Positions 26,825 to 40,794 are shown, counted from the stretch's first letter. The stretch: 64,000 nucleotides of DNA from Piromyces finnis finn (GCA_002104945.1 MCFH01000004.1:1420025-1484024), one strand, 5' to 3'. The notes: generated by a model not told the origin, from the letters alone. Numbers and translations are program-made.

Positions 26825-26860
<36 letters not shown>
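26330..26860 (+). mobile_element. SINE-like retroposon: tRNA box-B head, GC-richer body, LINE-derived tail, poly(A), target-site duplication
   Basis: GGTTCGACCCC at 26351-26361; 26703-26736 is 30/34 identical to 23521-23554; ~33-nt A tail; ataaaacaaaa at 26319-26329 and 26861-26871. Confidence 0.8.
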
Positions 26861-26863
<3 letters not shown>

Positions 26864-29632
26864 AAACAAAAATTAATATGATGCATTTCTGTATCATACA
26901 CAATAATCATTGGATATACTTTAGTTTAGTATTGTAAATAATAGAAATGCAGGTATTAACTTTATATATATATATATTTATGATTAAATATACACACAAA
27001 TCAACATTATAAAACATTATAATTTATGAATATTCATTAGTACCACAATTTCACCTTTTTTATTCATCATACATTATAAATTAGAACACAATTTTACCTT
27101 TTATATGAGTTTTTTTTTTAATATCAATTCGTATTTATATTTTATCTTTAATTAAAAAATGTAGTATTCAAGTAGTTTAGAATGTTTAAAAAGGATTAAT
27201 TTAATATAATAAAAATTCAATTAATTTCTAAATATTTATTAAAAATATCAACCATAAAAAAGTGTTAATATTATTTTCTTCAAAAAAGAAAAAAAAAAAT
27301 TAAACTTTTAACATAAATCATTAATAATAGACAAAATCAAGCAATGCATTTTATTAGAAAAATATGGAAATACTATTATTATTTTATATAATAATTTTTA
27401 ATACTATAACAGGTGTTAAGAAATAATAAAAGTTGATACCATTTTAATTCAATTAATGCATCATTTATATAAAAATATTCTATAGGTTTATATAAAGTAA
27501 AAAACAATCATTTTTTATTTATATATAAAACTTATTAGTACTCTTTTTTTTTTTTTTAATCATAAAAAATACAAATAAAATTACAATATTTTGTAGTAAT
27601 ATCTTTTAATGTTACTCTACAACTTTTTGTAAATAAAATTTCTATATTATTGTAATGAGATTACTTAAACTACAACTTTTACAAATTTTTTTAATAAAAT
27701 TTTGATATTTAAAAAAAGGCCAATTTTTTTGTTACACAAATTTTAATTTTACCAGGTTTTTCTTTTGTGTTGTTATTTTTTCTTTTAAGAAATATTAAAA
27801 AATAATAAAGTATTTTTCTGTCTGTTCTTTAAATATCTTAATATATTTAGTAACATCAAGTATTATAAACAAATATCAAAATGCTTTAATAAAATAAGTA
27901 ATTTAGAGTCAAAAGATTTTAATGAAATAAAATAGTAAAACATTTGTAGTTTAATGAAATATTACAATAAAGAATTATAAGTCATAGTAGTTTACTACTA
28001 TAAAAGGTAGCCGTAGTAAAATATTTTGTAATATTTCGATAAGGATAAAATGGATAGATGCAAATATACATTATAAAAAACAAAACAAAATATGATTTAT
28101 TAAATAATTAATATTGCTTTTATCTTTTATAATGAAATTTTTAACAAATTAAAGGAATTAAAATTTATATTTTTTTTTTTTAAAAAAAAGAAATTTTATA
28201 AAGCCAAATTGAATATTTATTGTTAATGGAGAGAAGAAAAAAAACTTTTAAAATATGCATTGAATATTTTTATTTTAAACTCAAAGCTAATAAAAACATA
28301 AATAATAAAGACATACATATATACATACATACATATAATATACATACATATTTTTGAATAGAATATAAATATAATCAAAAAAAAAAAAAAAAAAATTAAT
28401 ATTTTCAATTGAAAATCCTACAAAATCATTATTGATAATAAAGATAAATATTATAGAAAAAAGATATAAAATATATTCTACTCATTATATTATTATATTA
28501 TCGATTAAAGTGTATTATATTTATAAATATTTAAATAATTATTGTTGTTTCCTATTATTTGGTAATAATATAAAGATAGCATAATTAAAAGAAAAACTTT
28601 TTAGTATATGATTTGTAAAATGCATGGACGTATTGAAGGGGATTTCATTATGTCTATATTATTAGTCTGGAATTGATAAGAAAATTATTTTTATTTTTTA
28701 CCATATTATATTTTAAATATGGGGTAATTCTAAATCTATACCTACATATATATCTATTATATTAAACTATTATATATATTTATTTCGTTTTAAATGGTTT
28801 AAAATAAAATGTCTAAAATTCATATATAATATTTTATTGGAATATTGAGAAAAAAATATTCTCTTTTGATTAGTTGTTTCTAAACACACACATGTATTAT
28901 TTCTATATCCATTTTTCTATTTTATTTTGTATGTTTTATAATTATTTTTCAAATTGTTTTTTTCCCCCAAAAATATCAAATTAAAATTTAGTGATACATT
29001 ATTATTTAATAAAAAAAAATTATGGAAAATGTATTAAAAGTTAAAAGATACATCAAGTATTTTTTACTTTATTATTTAAAATAAAAAAAAAAACTTTTTA
29101 TTATTCATTCATTCATTCATTCATTCATTCCTTATTTTATTTTATTTTTTTTATTTTATTTTTTTAATCGGCTTTATAATCTTTTTTAACCAAAAAAAAA
29201 AAAAAGTAATCTTTAAAAATTAAAATTTTATTTTAAACCAATAGAAATACAATTATAAAATTAAAACTTGAATAGAATATTAAAAAAATATTAAATATTA
29301 AATTCCCAAAGATTTTCCTTACTCAAAAAAGATAAATTTTATTCAAAAAAGATAAATTTTGTGAATAAAACATAAAATAATTCAATTCATTATATATTTT
29401 AATATGTTAATAGGATATACAAACGTATAGACATAGACATACTACTCGAAAGAATGGAATGATTTATCTTTTTTTTTTTTTTAAAAAACAACAACAACAA
29501 ATATAATAAAATTAAATAAAGGGTTGAAATTCTTTTTATTTTCATTGATATAATTACTATTATTTTTTTTAAAAAAATTTAAAAATTAGATTTAAAAAAA
29601 AAAAAATAAAATAAAACTAAAAATAATATAAA

Positions 29633-30655
29633 ATGAAGAGAATAATTATCTTATTTCTATTTTCATTATTATTTGCTATAGTAAAGACAAATAATTTCGA
29701 GGAGGAATCGGTAAATGTAGATGAACTTTTACAAGAAGATTTTGACGAAGAAGACATTATAATTTATAAAAATTTTGTAAATATTCAAAGAAATATTATT
29801 TTTAATGGGGAGGAACAATTAGACGTTTATTACAATAAAAATGATACCATAACTAAAAAACCTGTTGTTATTTTCATTTATGGTGGTTCATGGGTTACAG
29901 GTAATAAAATTAAATATACTAAATTTGGTGTTCTTCTTGAGCAACATGGATATGTTGGTGTTATTCCAAATTATACCTTATTTCCTGAAGGTACAGTGGA
30001 GGATATGGTCGATGATGTTTATAAGGCTATTCAATGGACCTATCAAAATATTGAAAAATATGGTGGTGACCCAAGTCAAATTATTCTTTCTGCACATTCA
30101 GCAGGGGCTCACATTTCTGCTTTAACTATTGTTAAATCTACACTTCATCAAATAAATAATGGAATGCCATTAGAATCATTACCTTACATAAAAAAAGTCG
30201 TTCTTATGAGCGGTCCTTATATCCTCAATGAAGAATTAATTATTCATACTTTTGGAAGAAACGTTGGCAATTTCTTCAAAAATTTATTTAAAAGAGGTGA
30301 AAGTTTTAGTAAAGGTAAGGCTGACCCAAAACAAGTTTCACTTCTTCCAAAGTTTTTATTGAAATACTATAAGGATGATAAGATATCACCAATTGCTATT
30401 CTTAGAAAACTTAAAAGTAATTCTATTACTAATCATTTCAATGTTGGAAGTTTCACATTCTTTTATACTTCTTTAGATGAGTCTGTTCCAGAATCCTCTT
30501 CAAAAAATTTAATAAAAGAAATTACTCGTACCAGTAAAAATACGATATGCAATTATGTTTACCTGGAAGGTTTAGAACATGCCACTATCATATATGGAAT
30601 AAGAGATAATGATACAGAATTTGAAAATATATATTTAAATTTACTTGAAAATTAA
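29633..30655 (+). CDS. Secreted alpha/beta hydrolase (HSL/BD-FAE-like esterase/lipase)
   Basis: Intronless 340 aa with signal peptide; LDVY..PVVIFIYGGSW, AHSAGAH nucleophile elbow, DESVP and LEHA as likely catalytic Asp and His. Confidence 0.85.
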   Translation: MKRIIILFLFSLLFAIVKTNNFEEESVNVDELLQEDFDEEDIIIYKNFVNIQRNIIFNGEEQLDVYYNKNDTITKKPVVIFIYGGSWVTGNKIKYTKFGVLLEQHGYVGVIPNYTLFPEGTVEDMVDDVYKAIQWTYQNIEKYGGDPSQIILSAHSAGAHISALTIVKSTLHQINNGMPLESLPYIKKVVLMSGPYILNEELIIHTFGRNVGNFFKNLFKRGESFSKGKADPKQVSLLPKFLLKYYKDDKISPIAILRKLKSNSITNHFNVGSFTFFYTSLDESVPESSSKNLIKEITRTSKNTICNYVYLEGLEHATIIYGIRDNDTEFENIYLNLLEN

Positions 30656-31035
30656 AAAATAATATATTATAAAAGTATTCCCAAAATAAAAAGTTTATTT
30701 TTCTTAAAAAAAAAAAAAAAAAAATCGAAGAAATGATTAGATTTAGAAATAAATTAATAGTATAAAATAGTATATATATTTATATAAAGAGATAAAGAGA
30801 GAGAAATACGAAAACAAATGTTGTGACTTTTGAAAATTATAAAAACATAATATTATGTATATGTAAATAAAAAAAATGTATAATACCTATTTTTCATTAT
30901 TAAAATAAAATAAAATAAAATAAAATAAAATAAAATAAAATAAAATAAAATAAAATAATAATAATAGAAAATAATAGAATATTTTATTAATATGTTTAAT
31001 CATTAGAATAGATATAATGCGTTTCAATGATTCAT

Positions 31036-31180
31036 CGATAAAAAAAAAAAAAATTAAAAAGATGACGGACAGACGGATGTAACTTAAAAACGGACTTATT
31101 AAATATAGAAACGATAAAAAAAAATTAAAAAGATGGACGGACAGACGAATGTAAATTAAAAATGGACTTAATAAATATAT
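31036..31180. repeat. Two-copy ~76-bp tandem repeat containing gacggacagacg
   Basis: cgata(a)n ttaaaaagatg(g)acggacagacg(g/a)atgtaa.. starts at 31036 and again at 31112. Confidence 0.8.
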
Positions 31181-31701
31181 AAAAAAAATTTTTTTTATAA
31201 GACATATAAAAAAAAAAGCCTAAATAAATTAAACTTGTATACTTATAATACTATTATTATTAATAAAAACTATATATATGTGGATATTTTCCATTTTTTT
31301 TTAAAAAAAAAAATAAAATAAAAATTTATACTTTATGGTTTTATTTTATTATTAATAAAGATACTACCATAGAAAATCGATATCTGATTAAATCTTACCA
31401 GAACTTTTTTTACATATTATTATTATTATTATTATTACTGTAGTTTTTTTTTTTTTTTTTACATAATTTTTATTTTTTTTATATTATTATTATTATTATT
31501 ACTGTAGTTTTTTTTTTTTTTTTTTACATAATTTTTATATTTTTTATATTATTATTATTATTATTATTATTATATTGTTATTATTTATATTATTAATATT
31601 ACTATAACTTTTTTAATAAATACATAAATCACAAACCACGCTAATAATCAACAATTAATATTATTTATAAAAATTAAAAATCATTTTTCTTTTATAACAA
31701 C

Positions 31702-32694
31702 ATGAAAGAAAGAATTTTAAAGATCGTTAAATGTATCTTTAAGGATTATGATTATAGGGAAATTAATAATCTTGTTTTTTATAATGCTATCCCAAATGCT
31801 AATCCTAATCAAAAAGATAGAGAAGAACTAATAAGAATCTTAAATGCTTCAAGAAATCCATTTGTAGTGAATAATAGTCTAAAATCCAGGAATAATTCCA
31901 ATAGTTCAGAAAATATTAATAATGAAAAAAAATACATAAAAGCAGTCACTAATAAATCAATATTTTATTTTGAAAATATACCAAATGACGCAAGTTTTTT
32001 TTTAGTATCATTTGAAAATTCAAAAAAATCTTGTATGAGGTTTTGTGATATAGAGAAAGAAAAATTAATTAATAATATTGATATAAAAGAAATTGCCCTA
32101 AAAAATACAGAGTGGGGTAACTTTTGTTTTGATGTAAGATCTATTGAAAATAATAATAAAAAAAGAATTTACAGTATTATTTTATTTTCAAAAGAAGATA
32201 TTGGATTCTCAGATTTATTTTCAATTATTAAATATAATCAATTATATAAACCAAGAGAATCTTTTATAAAAAAAAATCTTCTCGCTTTTAGTATTGGAAA
32301 TAACAACGATCTTCAATATTACATAGATTCAATGTTTGAAGGAAATCAAATTAAAGCAATCCCTTTGTTTAAATTTAATTTTTATAAAGTGGAAAATTCT
32401 ACTAATATCGTTAATTTAGAAAGTTATCATACAGAAACGAATAGTAATGAAAAATTGAGTGATTGTATTGCAAATAAAAGTTTTAACAATATTCCATTTA
32501 ATTTCTGTAGTAGTAATGTTAATTATATTACACAAGAAATACAACAACAACAACAACTTCAACAACAACTTCAACAACAACAATTTCAACAACAACAACT
32601 TCAACAACAACTTCAACAACAACAATTATATCAATATCTTCAACTTCTTCAAATTATGCAATTACAACTGCAATTACAAAAGTTCAGAAAATAA
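31702..32694 (+). CDS. Hypothetical 330-aa protein with C-terminal poly-Q
   Basis: Long intronless ORF with globular-looking composition and a CAA-repeat polyQ tract; no family recognised. Confidence 0.65.
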   Translation: MKERILKIVKCIFKDYDYREINNLVFYNAIPNANPNQKDREELIRILNASRNPFVVNNSLKSRNNSNSSENINNEKKYIKAVTNKSIFYFENIPNDASFFLVSFENSKKSCMRFCDIEKEKLINNIDIKEIALKNTEWGNFCFDVRSIENNNKKRIYSIILFSKEDIGFSDLFSIIKYNQLYKPRESFIKKNLLAFSIGNNNDLQYYIDSMFEGNQIKAIPLFKFNFYKVENSTNIVNLESYHTETNSNEKLSDCIANKSFNNIPFNFCSSNVNYITQEIQQQQQLQQQLQQQQFQQQQLQQQLQQQQLYQYLQLLQIMQLQLQLQKFRK

Positions 32695-34492
32695 CCTAAA
32701 TCGTATAAAAACAAATATATTACTATTGATGAATTAAAATACTTTATTTAGGTTAATTTTTTTTTTAAATCTATTCAAGTAAAATTTTATAGTTACACAA
32801 ACTTACAAAAGTATTTAAAAAATATTTCAATTAGAATTATAAAATTTTATTAGGAATAATAGTTTATTTTTTTTATATATATCTAAATAAATAAAACATC
32901 TTTTATAACAAAATCAATAATAAAAATTACTTTTTGGTTCCTGATAAATTGTAAATATATAAGATGTGAAAATAACATTTTTGACTTTTTATATTTTCAT
33001 TATTATTTATTTAATATTTAATGTGAATATATTTATTTTTCTTTAGATTATGAGTATAATTATAAAAAAGGAAAAAAGAAATAAATAATGAAATTTTTAT
33101 TATATAGAATAGTTTATTGCTGATATTTATAATTCATATGGTATTAATTATGTATATTTTTTAGTCAACAAAAAAAAAAAAAACATATTGTTAAAAAAAA
33201 AAAAAAATAATTTCACCAAAAATAAATTGTGGATAAATAAATATAAAAAAAAAAAAAAAGGTTTCAATTGGAAACTTTTTTTGATAACCCTGTTTTTTGC
33301 TTGTAACTATTTATTAATATATAAATTTTTAATTTTTTAATAATATAAATTACTTTAAAGTTTAACTCCATTTAATATGGGAATTGTAGGCATCTCACGA
33401 TGATTTTTAATTAATAATACCACTTTGTTAAATGGATAATGTGTACAATTAAAAATGAAACAAATTTAATTTATTTAACCAAAGTAATAATTCTTTTTTT
33501 AGTTAAATTAGTCTATTTAAAATTTTAATTAAAGTAAATTAAATAGATTAAGGTAGAAAATATTGAAAATTTTTTAAAACTCTTTTTTTGAATTACCAAC
33601 TAATTCAAAAATGGGTTTTCATATAATAAAAAATAAAAATTTGTCAAGGGAAGAAATAGCTGATTTGGTAATAAGAATTTAGAAATTATAAAATATAGTA
33701 GAAAAAAAAAAAGTTATTTTTTGAAAAATTAATAAATTAAATGTGAAAACCTTTTACACCCTAAAAATAAATGGATAATACCTAAAGATAAACAATATAA
33801 AGATTTAAAAGTTTTAACAAAAAATAAATGAATGAGGAAAAAAAAATAATAATCGAAAAGTAGAATAAGAATAAATAAATAAACAGTAATAATAATAATA
33901 AAGAAAAAGCAAAAAAAAAAAAAAAATAAATTACATTTTAAAAATATAAAATCATTCAAATTTTAAAATTAGTTTTTTTTTTAATATATCATATAAAATA
34001 TAAAATATCTTTTCTTTTTTTTTTCAGTAATGACTAACTGTTATCTCCTTCTGTATATATTTTATATAAATTACAGCAAGAAACTGCATACATATATTAT
34101 TTTAATCAAAACTTACCAAAAAAACTAAAACTTTTTCATTTTACACCTTTGGTAAAATATATATTTTAAAACAAAAAGTAATTACCATAAATTTTATTTA
34201 CTAAATGTACAGTTTTATAATATATACCAATAATAATAATATTTATAGACATTAGAAAATGAATTTTTAAAAAATTCAAAATCCGAATTATTGGAAAATT
34301 ATATTATCTTGTTACTTAAAATCATTAATAATATAAAGAAAAAAAAAAAATTAGGGTAATTATTTAAAGATATTTGTTATTTGTTTTAATATTTTTAATA
34401 TTATCGTATTATTTTAAATATATATACCTTATTTATTTATGATAATATTTTATTGTATATAAATTAAAACTAAAAAAAAAAAGAAACTGGCA

Positions 34493-36000
34493 GTCTTTAT
34501 TAAAAGAAACTGTTTTTGCAAAATCCAAACAATATTCCATAAGATATAATCCATATGTTAAAAATAATTCCATAAACTTTTTCGATTTTCCATCCTATGA
34601 TAAACTTAAAATTATTAGAGTAATTATATTACTATACTATTATATATAAAATGAATAATAAATTGTTTTATCTATTTTAATGAATAATACAGTCTTAATG
34701 ATATACCATAAAAATTTTATAATATTTAAAATTAGAATCTATGTAACTGGTCTCTGAGAAAAAATCTTGATATAGAAGATTTGGAGGTAAATTGTAAAAA
34801 GTCAGTAACCCTACTTCAATTATCATCAAAATTTTTTTTGGGAACAGAAAATCAAAATAATGTACGACTCCTTTTTTTTTTTTTTTTTTCATATTTTTAT
34901 TTGTTTTATTTTATTTTTATTTTTATTTTTTTTAAAAAAAAAACATTACTAACCTAGGAAAATCGGTTTTTTAATGGTATACAATTAAATAACAATGATC
35001 AATATTAGGTCTATAAGTATTATTATACAAATAGTCCCCGTTTATATTCATTTAATATCGATTCAAGAAAATGGAAAGCTGTAAGTAAATCTTTAAATAG
35101 TATTAAGTATTTATACATTTCCAAGTTTATTATAATTAATAGCATATGAATTTTTTTTTGAAATATTAATAAATACTGGAATAAATAATATAGGTTACCA
35201 CTACAATGAATGAATTTAATGATTTCGTTAAGAATTTAGAAAATACAAAATTTAATAAATTATTAAAAAGAGCATTAACCTTAATTGTTATACCTCAAAT
35301 GAATATAAATAAGATGGTACTTAATTTTTTTTTTTTTTTTATATAAAATAAATAATAAAAAAAATAATAAGAGTATATTTTATAAATTAATATATTTATT
35401 TAATACTTTCATAATATACTATATAATAAGAGTACTGTTAATAATATTGAGACTATTGAAATATTTAATGAAAATTATGATAAAAATAAAAATGAAAATA
35501 ATTTTAATAATGATAATTTAAAGGAAAATATTCCATCAATTAAAAGAAAAAGAAATAATGATATCTTGGAAGAAAACAATTCCAAAAGTAAAATATTAAA
35601 AAAAGTCGACGATAGTACAATTAATCAACAAATCAATAGAACCATTACTACAAAAAGAAATAGAAATGCTAATCAGACCTTAAATACAACAGAAATAGAA
35701 ATTATCGATGATGATTCAACATCAAAATCAAAATTAAAACCAAGATCAAAATTTGAGAATAATATTATAGATCTTAATGATAATCATATAGACGAAATTC
35801 CGATCGAGAGTATAAAAACAAATACAGAAAAAATAGAAAATGTAAATGATAATAAAATTCTTAATAATTCTGGTAAAAAAGATATAATCTCATTGGACGT
35901 ACTACAAGAAATAAAAACAAATAAAAAAACACTAGGTAAATAATTTTTATTATAAATTTTATATAATAATAGTAACATACAACAACAACAACAACAACAA

Positions 36001-36045
<45 letters not shown>

Positions 36046-36281
36046 AATAAATAATAATATTAAACATATATTATTGTTGATCTTTAATGTAGTAACATGA
36101 AATACTAATATATATATATTTTATTCTATTTATTATATCCTATTAAATATTTATTTTTTAAAAAGATAATAATAATAATAAAAAATATGAATTAAAAAGG
36201 ATTGAATCAGATGAACCTAGCTTATTTAAGGATACTCAACAGAATAGTAAAATAAATAAAGATATTAATAAAAATGATAAT

Positions 36282-36324
<43 letters not shown>

Positions 36325-36764
36325 TTGATGATGATAATGAAGATAATGATGAAGATAGTGATGTAATCATAATAGAAGATAGCGATGATGAGTTAATAAA
36401 ATCAGTAAATAATATAAATGATGATAGTAAAGGAAATACTATGTATAAAACTGATATAGATGATATAGATGATGCTTTAGTTATTGATGATGACGTTATT
36501 ATTATTAATAGTGATAATGAAAATTATGATGATAATGATGCTGCTGATGATGATGACATGAGTAATAATACTATAATCAAGCTAAATGATGAAATGTTTA
36601 AATATAAAAAGGAAGAAGATTTTTATAATGAAATTAATGAATTATTAAAAGAAAATATTGGAAAATTTTATAAAAAAGTAAAGTCTAAATTCCAGAATAA
36701 TCAAGATATTGATAAACTGTTAAAAATATCACATAATATAACTTTATCTTATGCCAACTCATAA
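34493..36764 (+). CDS. Probable multi-exon hypothetical Asn/Asp-rich protein (structure unresolved, possibly disrupted)
   Basis: ORFs 35566-35943 and 36441-36764 plus coding-like segments with GT donors at ~34.5, 34.8, 35.0 and 35.2 kb; one candidate exon has an in-frame TAG near 35005. Confidence 0.35.
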
Positions 36765-37075
36765 TAATTCAATAATAATTATATTTAAAAAAAATAATAG
36801 ATTTTCTTTATTTTTATACCCAAAAAATTAATTTATACAATATCCTTTAAATTATAGACACTTTTAAATATTCAAATAAAAAAAAAAAAAAAGAAATTAT
36901 TAACATAAAAATCTTAATAAATTATCATAGTAAAAGTAAGTTTTAATAGGTTTTTAATAAATTCAGTGTAATATTATAAATAATAGTTTAAATCATATTA
37001 TGAAAAAGTATTATAAATAATATCATAATTTCAGTTATGGTTTATTAAATAGATCTATTTATATATATATATATT

Positions 37076-37107
<32 letters not shown>

Positions 37108-37508
37108 TTAAATAAATTAACTTTAATGTTTTATATGCCAAAAGATATATACATATATATAATTTATAATGAAAATGTTATTATCCAAAACTTTTATAAG
37201 AAAAAAAAAAAATAGATAAATAATTAGATAAATAAATATAAATAAAATACTATTAACATTTTTTTTTTTTTTTTTTTTTTTTTGTTTAGTCATTTTATAT
37301 TACTTTTAAATTTAAATTTTTAATTTAGTAATTAAATAAAATAGGATACTTAAATTTTCAAATATCATAATTATCATAATTAAAAATAGGATTATTTTTG
37401 ATTTTTTTTTTTTTCTTAATTAAAAACTATATTTCTTTAAAGTCTATTTAAAATAAAATTAAATGATAATTAAAAGAGTTATAGTAGAAAGTTTTTCATT
37501 TGACTATT

Positions 37509-39029
37509 CTAATTACGTTTGAATGCTTTCTTAATAAAAATAATAATCGCTTCACAAAATCTTATAAAGCCCTTAAACCAAACTTTTAATTTTCCAGTAA
37601 TTATTGATCTGTAAACAAGAAAACCAAATATGATAAGACTTAAAATTAAACAGAACCAAAGTACAATTTTTCTAAGAAAAGCTATATTCATTATTAAATA
37701 TATATATATATAATATAAATTAGTTTTTTATGATTATTAAAAAATATATATAAATTACAAAACTATAATCTTTTGTTGAGCGTTTAATTACTCAAAAATA
37801 TTAATAGTAGTAGTAATATTTACCAAGGGTATAGATAAATGGACAATTATGTGTATTGAAATTTTTTCCACTTTGAATAAGCTCTTCTTTTTTAATAATC
37901 ATACTAATTTTGAGACCATCAAGAGCATCACAGAGACGATTATAATGATCCTTTAAATATATTTCATAAGTAATGCCAAATACAGCTTTTCCGGAATCAA
38001 GAAAACTCTTGTAAAGATGACATTCTGGATAATCATTTGTGGCACAACTTTCATTTATAGCAAAATCAAAATATTGACCTACTTCATCAATCATAAAAAG
38101 TGAATTTTTTAAACCAATAGCAAGACCTAAACTATGAGCAGTGGCAGAGAGCCACTTAGCAAACGTTATAGTATCTTCCTTTGTAAGTGGTTCAGACCAT
38201 TTCTTTTGAACACTCTTATCTTGATAACCATCCAAGTTATCAACATCAATTGCATCACATTTCTTTTCAACAGCAAGCTTCATACGATTAGTAATAAGTG
38301 GTTTAATTCCTTCTTTACGAAAATCAAGCCAATTTTCACCTTTCCATTGTTTATAGTCGTTTTTCACCAAACCATCTACTTTATAATATTCATCTTTATC
38401 TGGACGAAAATCCTCAAGTGTACCACCAGAAAAATAGCAAATAACCTTTTTACCAGCATTATGGAAGTTTTGAATATCCTCAGCACTATTACTATGAAGA
38501 TCAATATCAATCACTTCGTTTTTTTCTTTTTTACTATTTTAATATGATAAATGAATAGTTAATATTAGAAATTAATAAAATTATATATATTCTAACTTTT
38601 ATCAACAATATTAAAGAAAAACTCTATTTAGTAATAATAACAATCATAAAATAATAATTAATTTATATATTAAAAACTATTCATTCTACTATAGTTTTTA
38701 TTCATATAGCATAAATTAGATACATTTTAATAAAGACTTTTAACTAACTTATTATATATATATAACATAATAAATAGAGTTATATAAGTTACATACTTAT
38801 TATGTTATATATATATAATAAATTTAAAATGAAATTTAAAAAAGGAAGAGAATTATATGAATTATTTAAAAGTTTTAAAAAATTCATTTTAAAACTTTAC
38901 TTACATGTCGAAACCATCCTTTTTTAAAATAATATTCCAAGTAGTGTCTATTTTTGGTTGCCAAACGGCTTTTGAACAATTTGTAAAGAGTAATAGGACT
39001 AAAAAATAAATTGGTAATATGAAGATCAT
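37509..39029 (-). CDS. Glycoside hydrolase family 114 (alpha-1,4-polygalactosaminidase-like) with signal peptide and C-terminal TM anchor; 3 exons
   Basis: Exon 1 39029-38905 MIFILPIYFLVLLLFTNCSKAVWQPKIDTTWNIIL; exon 2 from 38533 VIDIDL..GKKVICYFSGGTLEDFRPD..CDAIDVDNLDGY..GLAIGLKNS..FDFAINESC; exon 3 hydrophobic KIVLWFCLILSLIIFGFLVYR. Confidence 0.88.
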
Positions 39030-40794
39030 TTTGATATTATTTATTAATTTTATATTTATTAAATTTTATTTTTATCTTTTTTTTTTTTTCTTTACTTTAT
39101 TATTTTTTTTTGCTTATTGTATATATATATATAATTTTTCATTTATTTTGTTTTCTTTTGTAATTTAAATGTTTAAATAGTGTACTTTAACATTTATAAT
39201 TTTTTGAATAAAAAAATAAAAGAATCTTTCTCAATCCTCTTGTTTATTAAAAATAGTATATTTTCAATCACTACTCAATGGTTAATGTTTTAATATGTTT
39301 AATATGTTTTTATTAAAATAGTAATTAAAAAAAAAAAGAGAAAAATCATAATACTGTTACTTTTTTACTTAAAGTGGATTTTTGAAAAAAAAAAAAGTTA
39401 TATTCTTATTAATAATATTTTATAATATTTTTTATCCATTAAAATTAAAATTTATTTTAAATACATAATATATATATTAAATAAGTTTAAGATATAGTAT
39501 TTTTTAATTAATTTCTTTTTTAGATATCATTGGATAAATACAAAAGTATCTTTAAAAAAAGAATATATTGACCAATGTTTTATCATTATTATATATTCTT
39601 AATAGGATTTAATATATAATAATATATGTAAACTTAATTTTAATTATATTCTGTAAAAAAAAAATAATGGCTAAATACTGTTTATTTTTTAAAATATTAT
39701 AAATTAAAGTTTTAAATCTATCTGTCATTTCTTGTATTTTCAATAATATATATAGTTTTTGTACAGCCATTTTTAAATATATATTTAAGAAAAAAGATAA
39801 AAGTAAAGTTTTCTTTTCTTTGTATATTTAAAATAAAACTAAATAGATAAAAAAAAATTATAATATAAATATAATGTAATATATCTAAATATAATAAAGG
39901 AATATTATTTAACATCTCTAAATTTAATAATAAATATTAATTTTTCCACTTTATCCAATAAAGAAATTTTTCTTAAAATTGATTTTAATATAGGAATTTC
40001 TATAAATTTATTATTTAATAGAGTTTTGAGATAGACTTTAATTATTACTAAAAAAGGAATTTAAAGGTAGTACAAGAAATTTTATTTTACAAAAATAAAT
40101 ATAAATAATTACCTATTTTTCAAAACTTTTCTATACTTTTTTTTTATATATAGGTAATATTATTATTTATGTATAAACATAAATGATAATGAATGAAACA
40201 TGAATACATAAAATGATTAAAATCATTAATTATAAGATCTTCTGCTGTATGCATTGTTTCCAATGTAAATGCAATAATAAGTGAAATGCATAATTAAACA
40301 ATTAAAAAACTAATTAAAAAAGTACTTTGTATACTGGTACGAATAGAAAATAAATGAAAAATATGATTTACTTCACAGATCAATTTTTGAAGTACTTAGG
40401 ATTATAATTAAATTAATCATACTTAATTTTATTATTTTTTTTTTGTCTAGCTTGTCATTCACTTTCTTTAATTATTATTTTATATGAATCAAAAATGTTT
40501 GAAATTTATTAATTAAATAATAATATGACATACAAATAAAATATTTAATAGAATTTTGATTATTTATTATTTTTCTCATATTATAATATATAGCTATGTT
40601 AATATTAATAAAAATAAAGTTACTAGCTACAAAAATCATATAAAAATAGGTTTTCATTAAGGACATACTAAGTAAAATAATAAATCGATATTTTTAATAT
40701 ATTTATTAATGTTAAAGTTTTTATTATGAGCTTTATATTAAAATATTGTAATTTTTTTTTCTTATATAAATATTTTTTATCCAGATTATACCCA

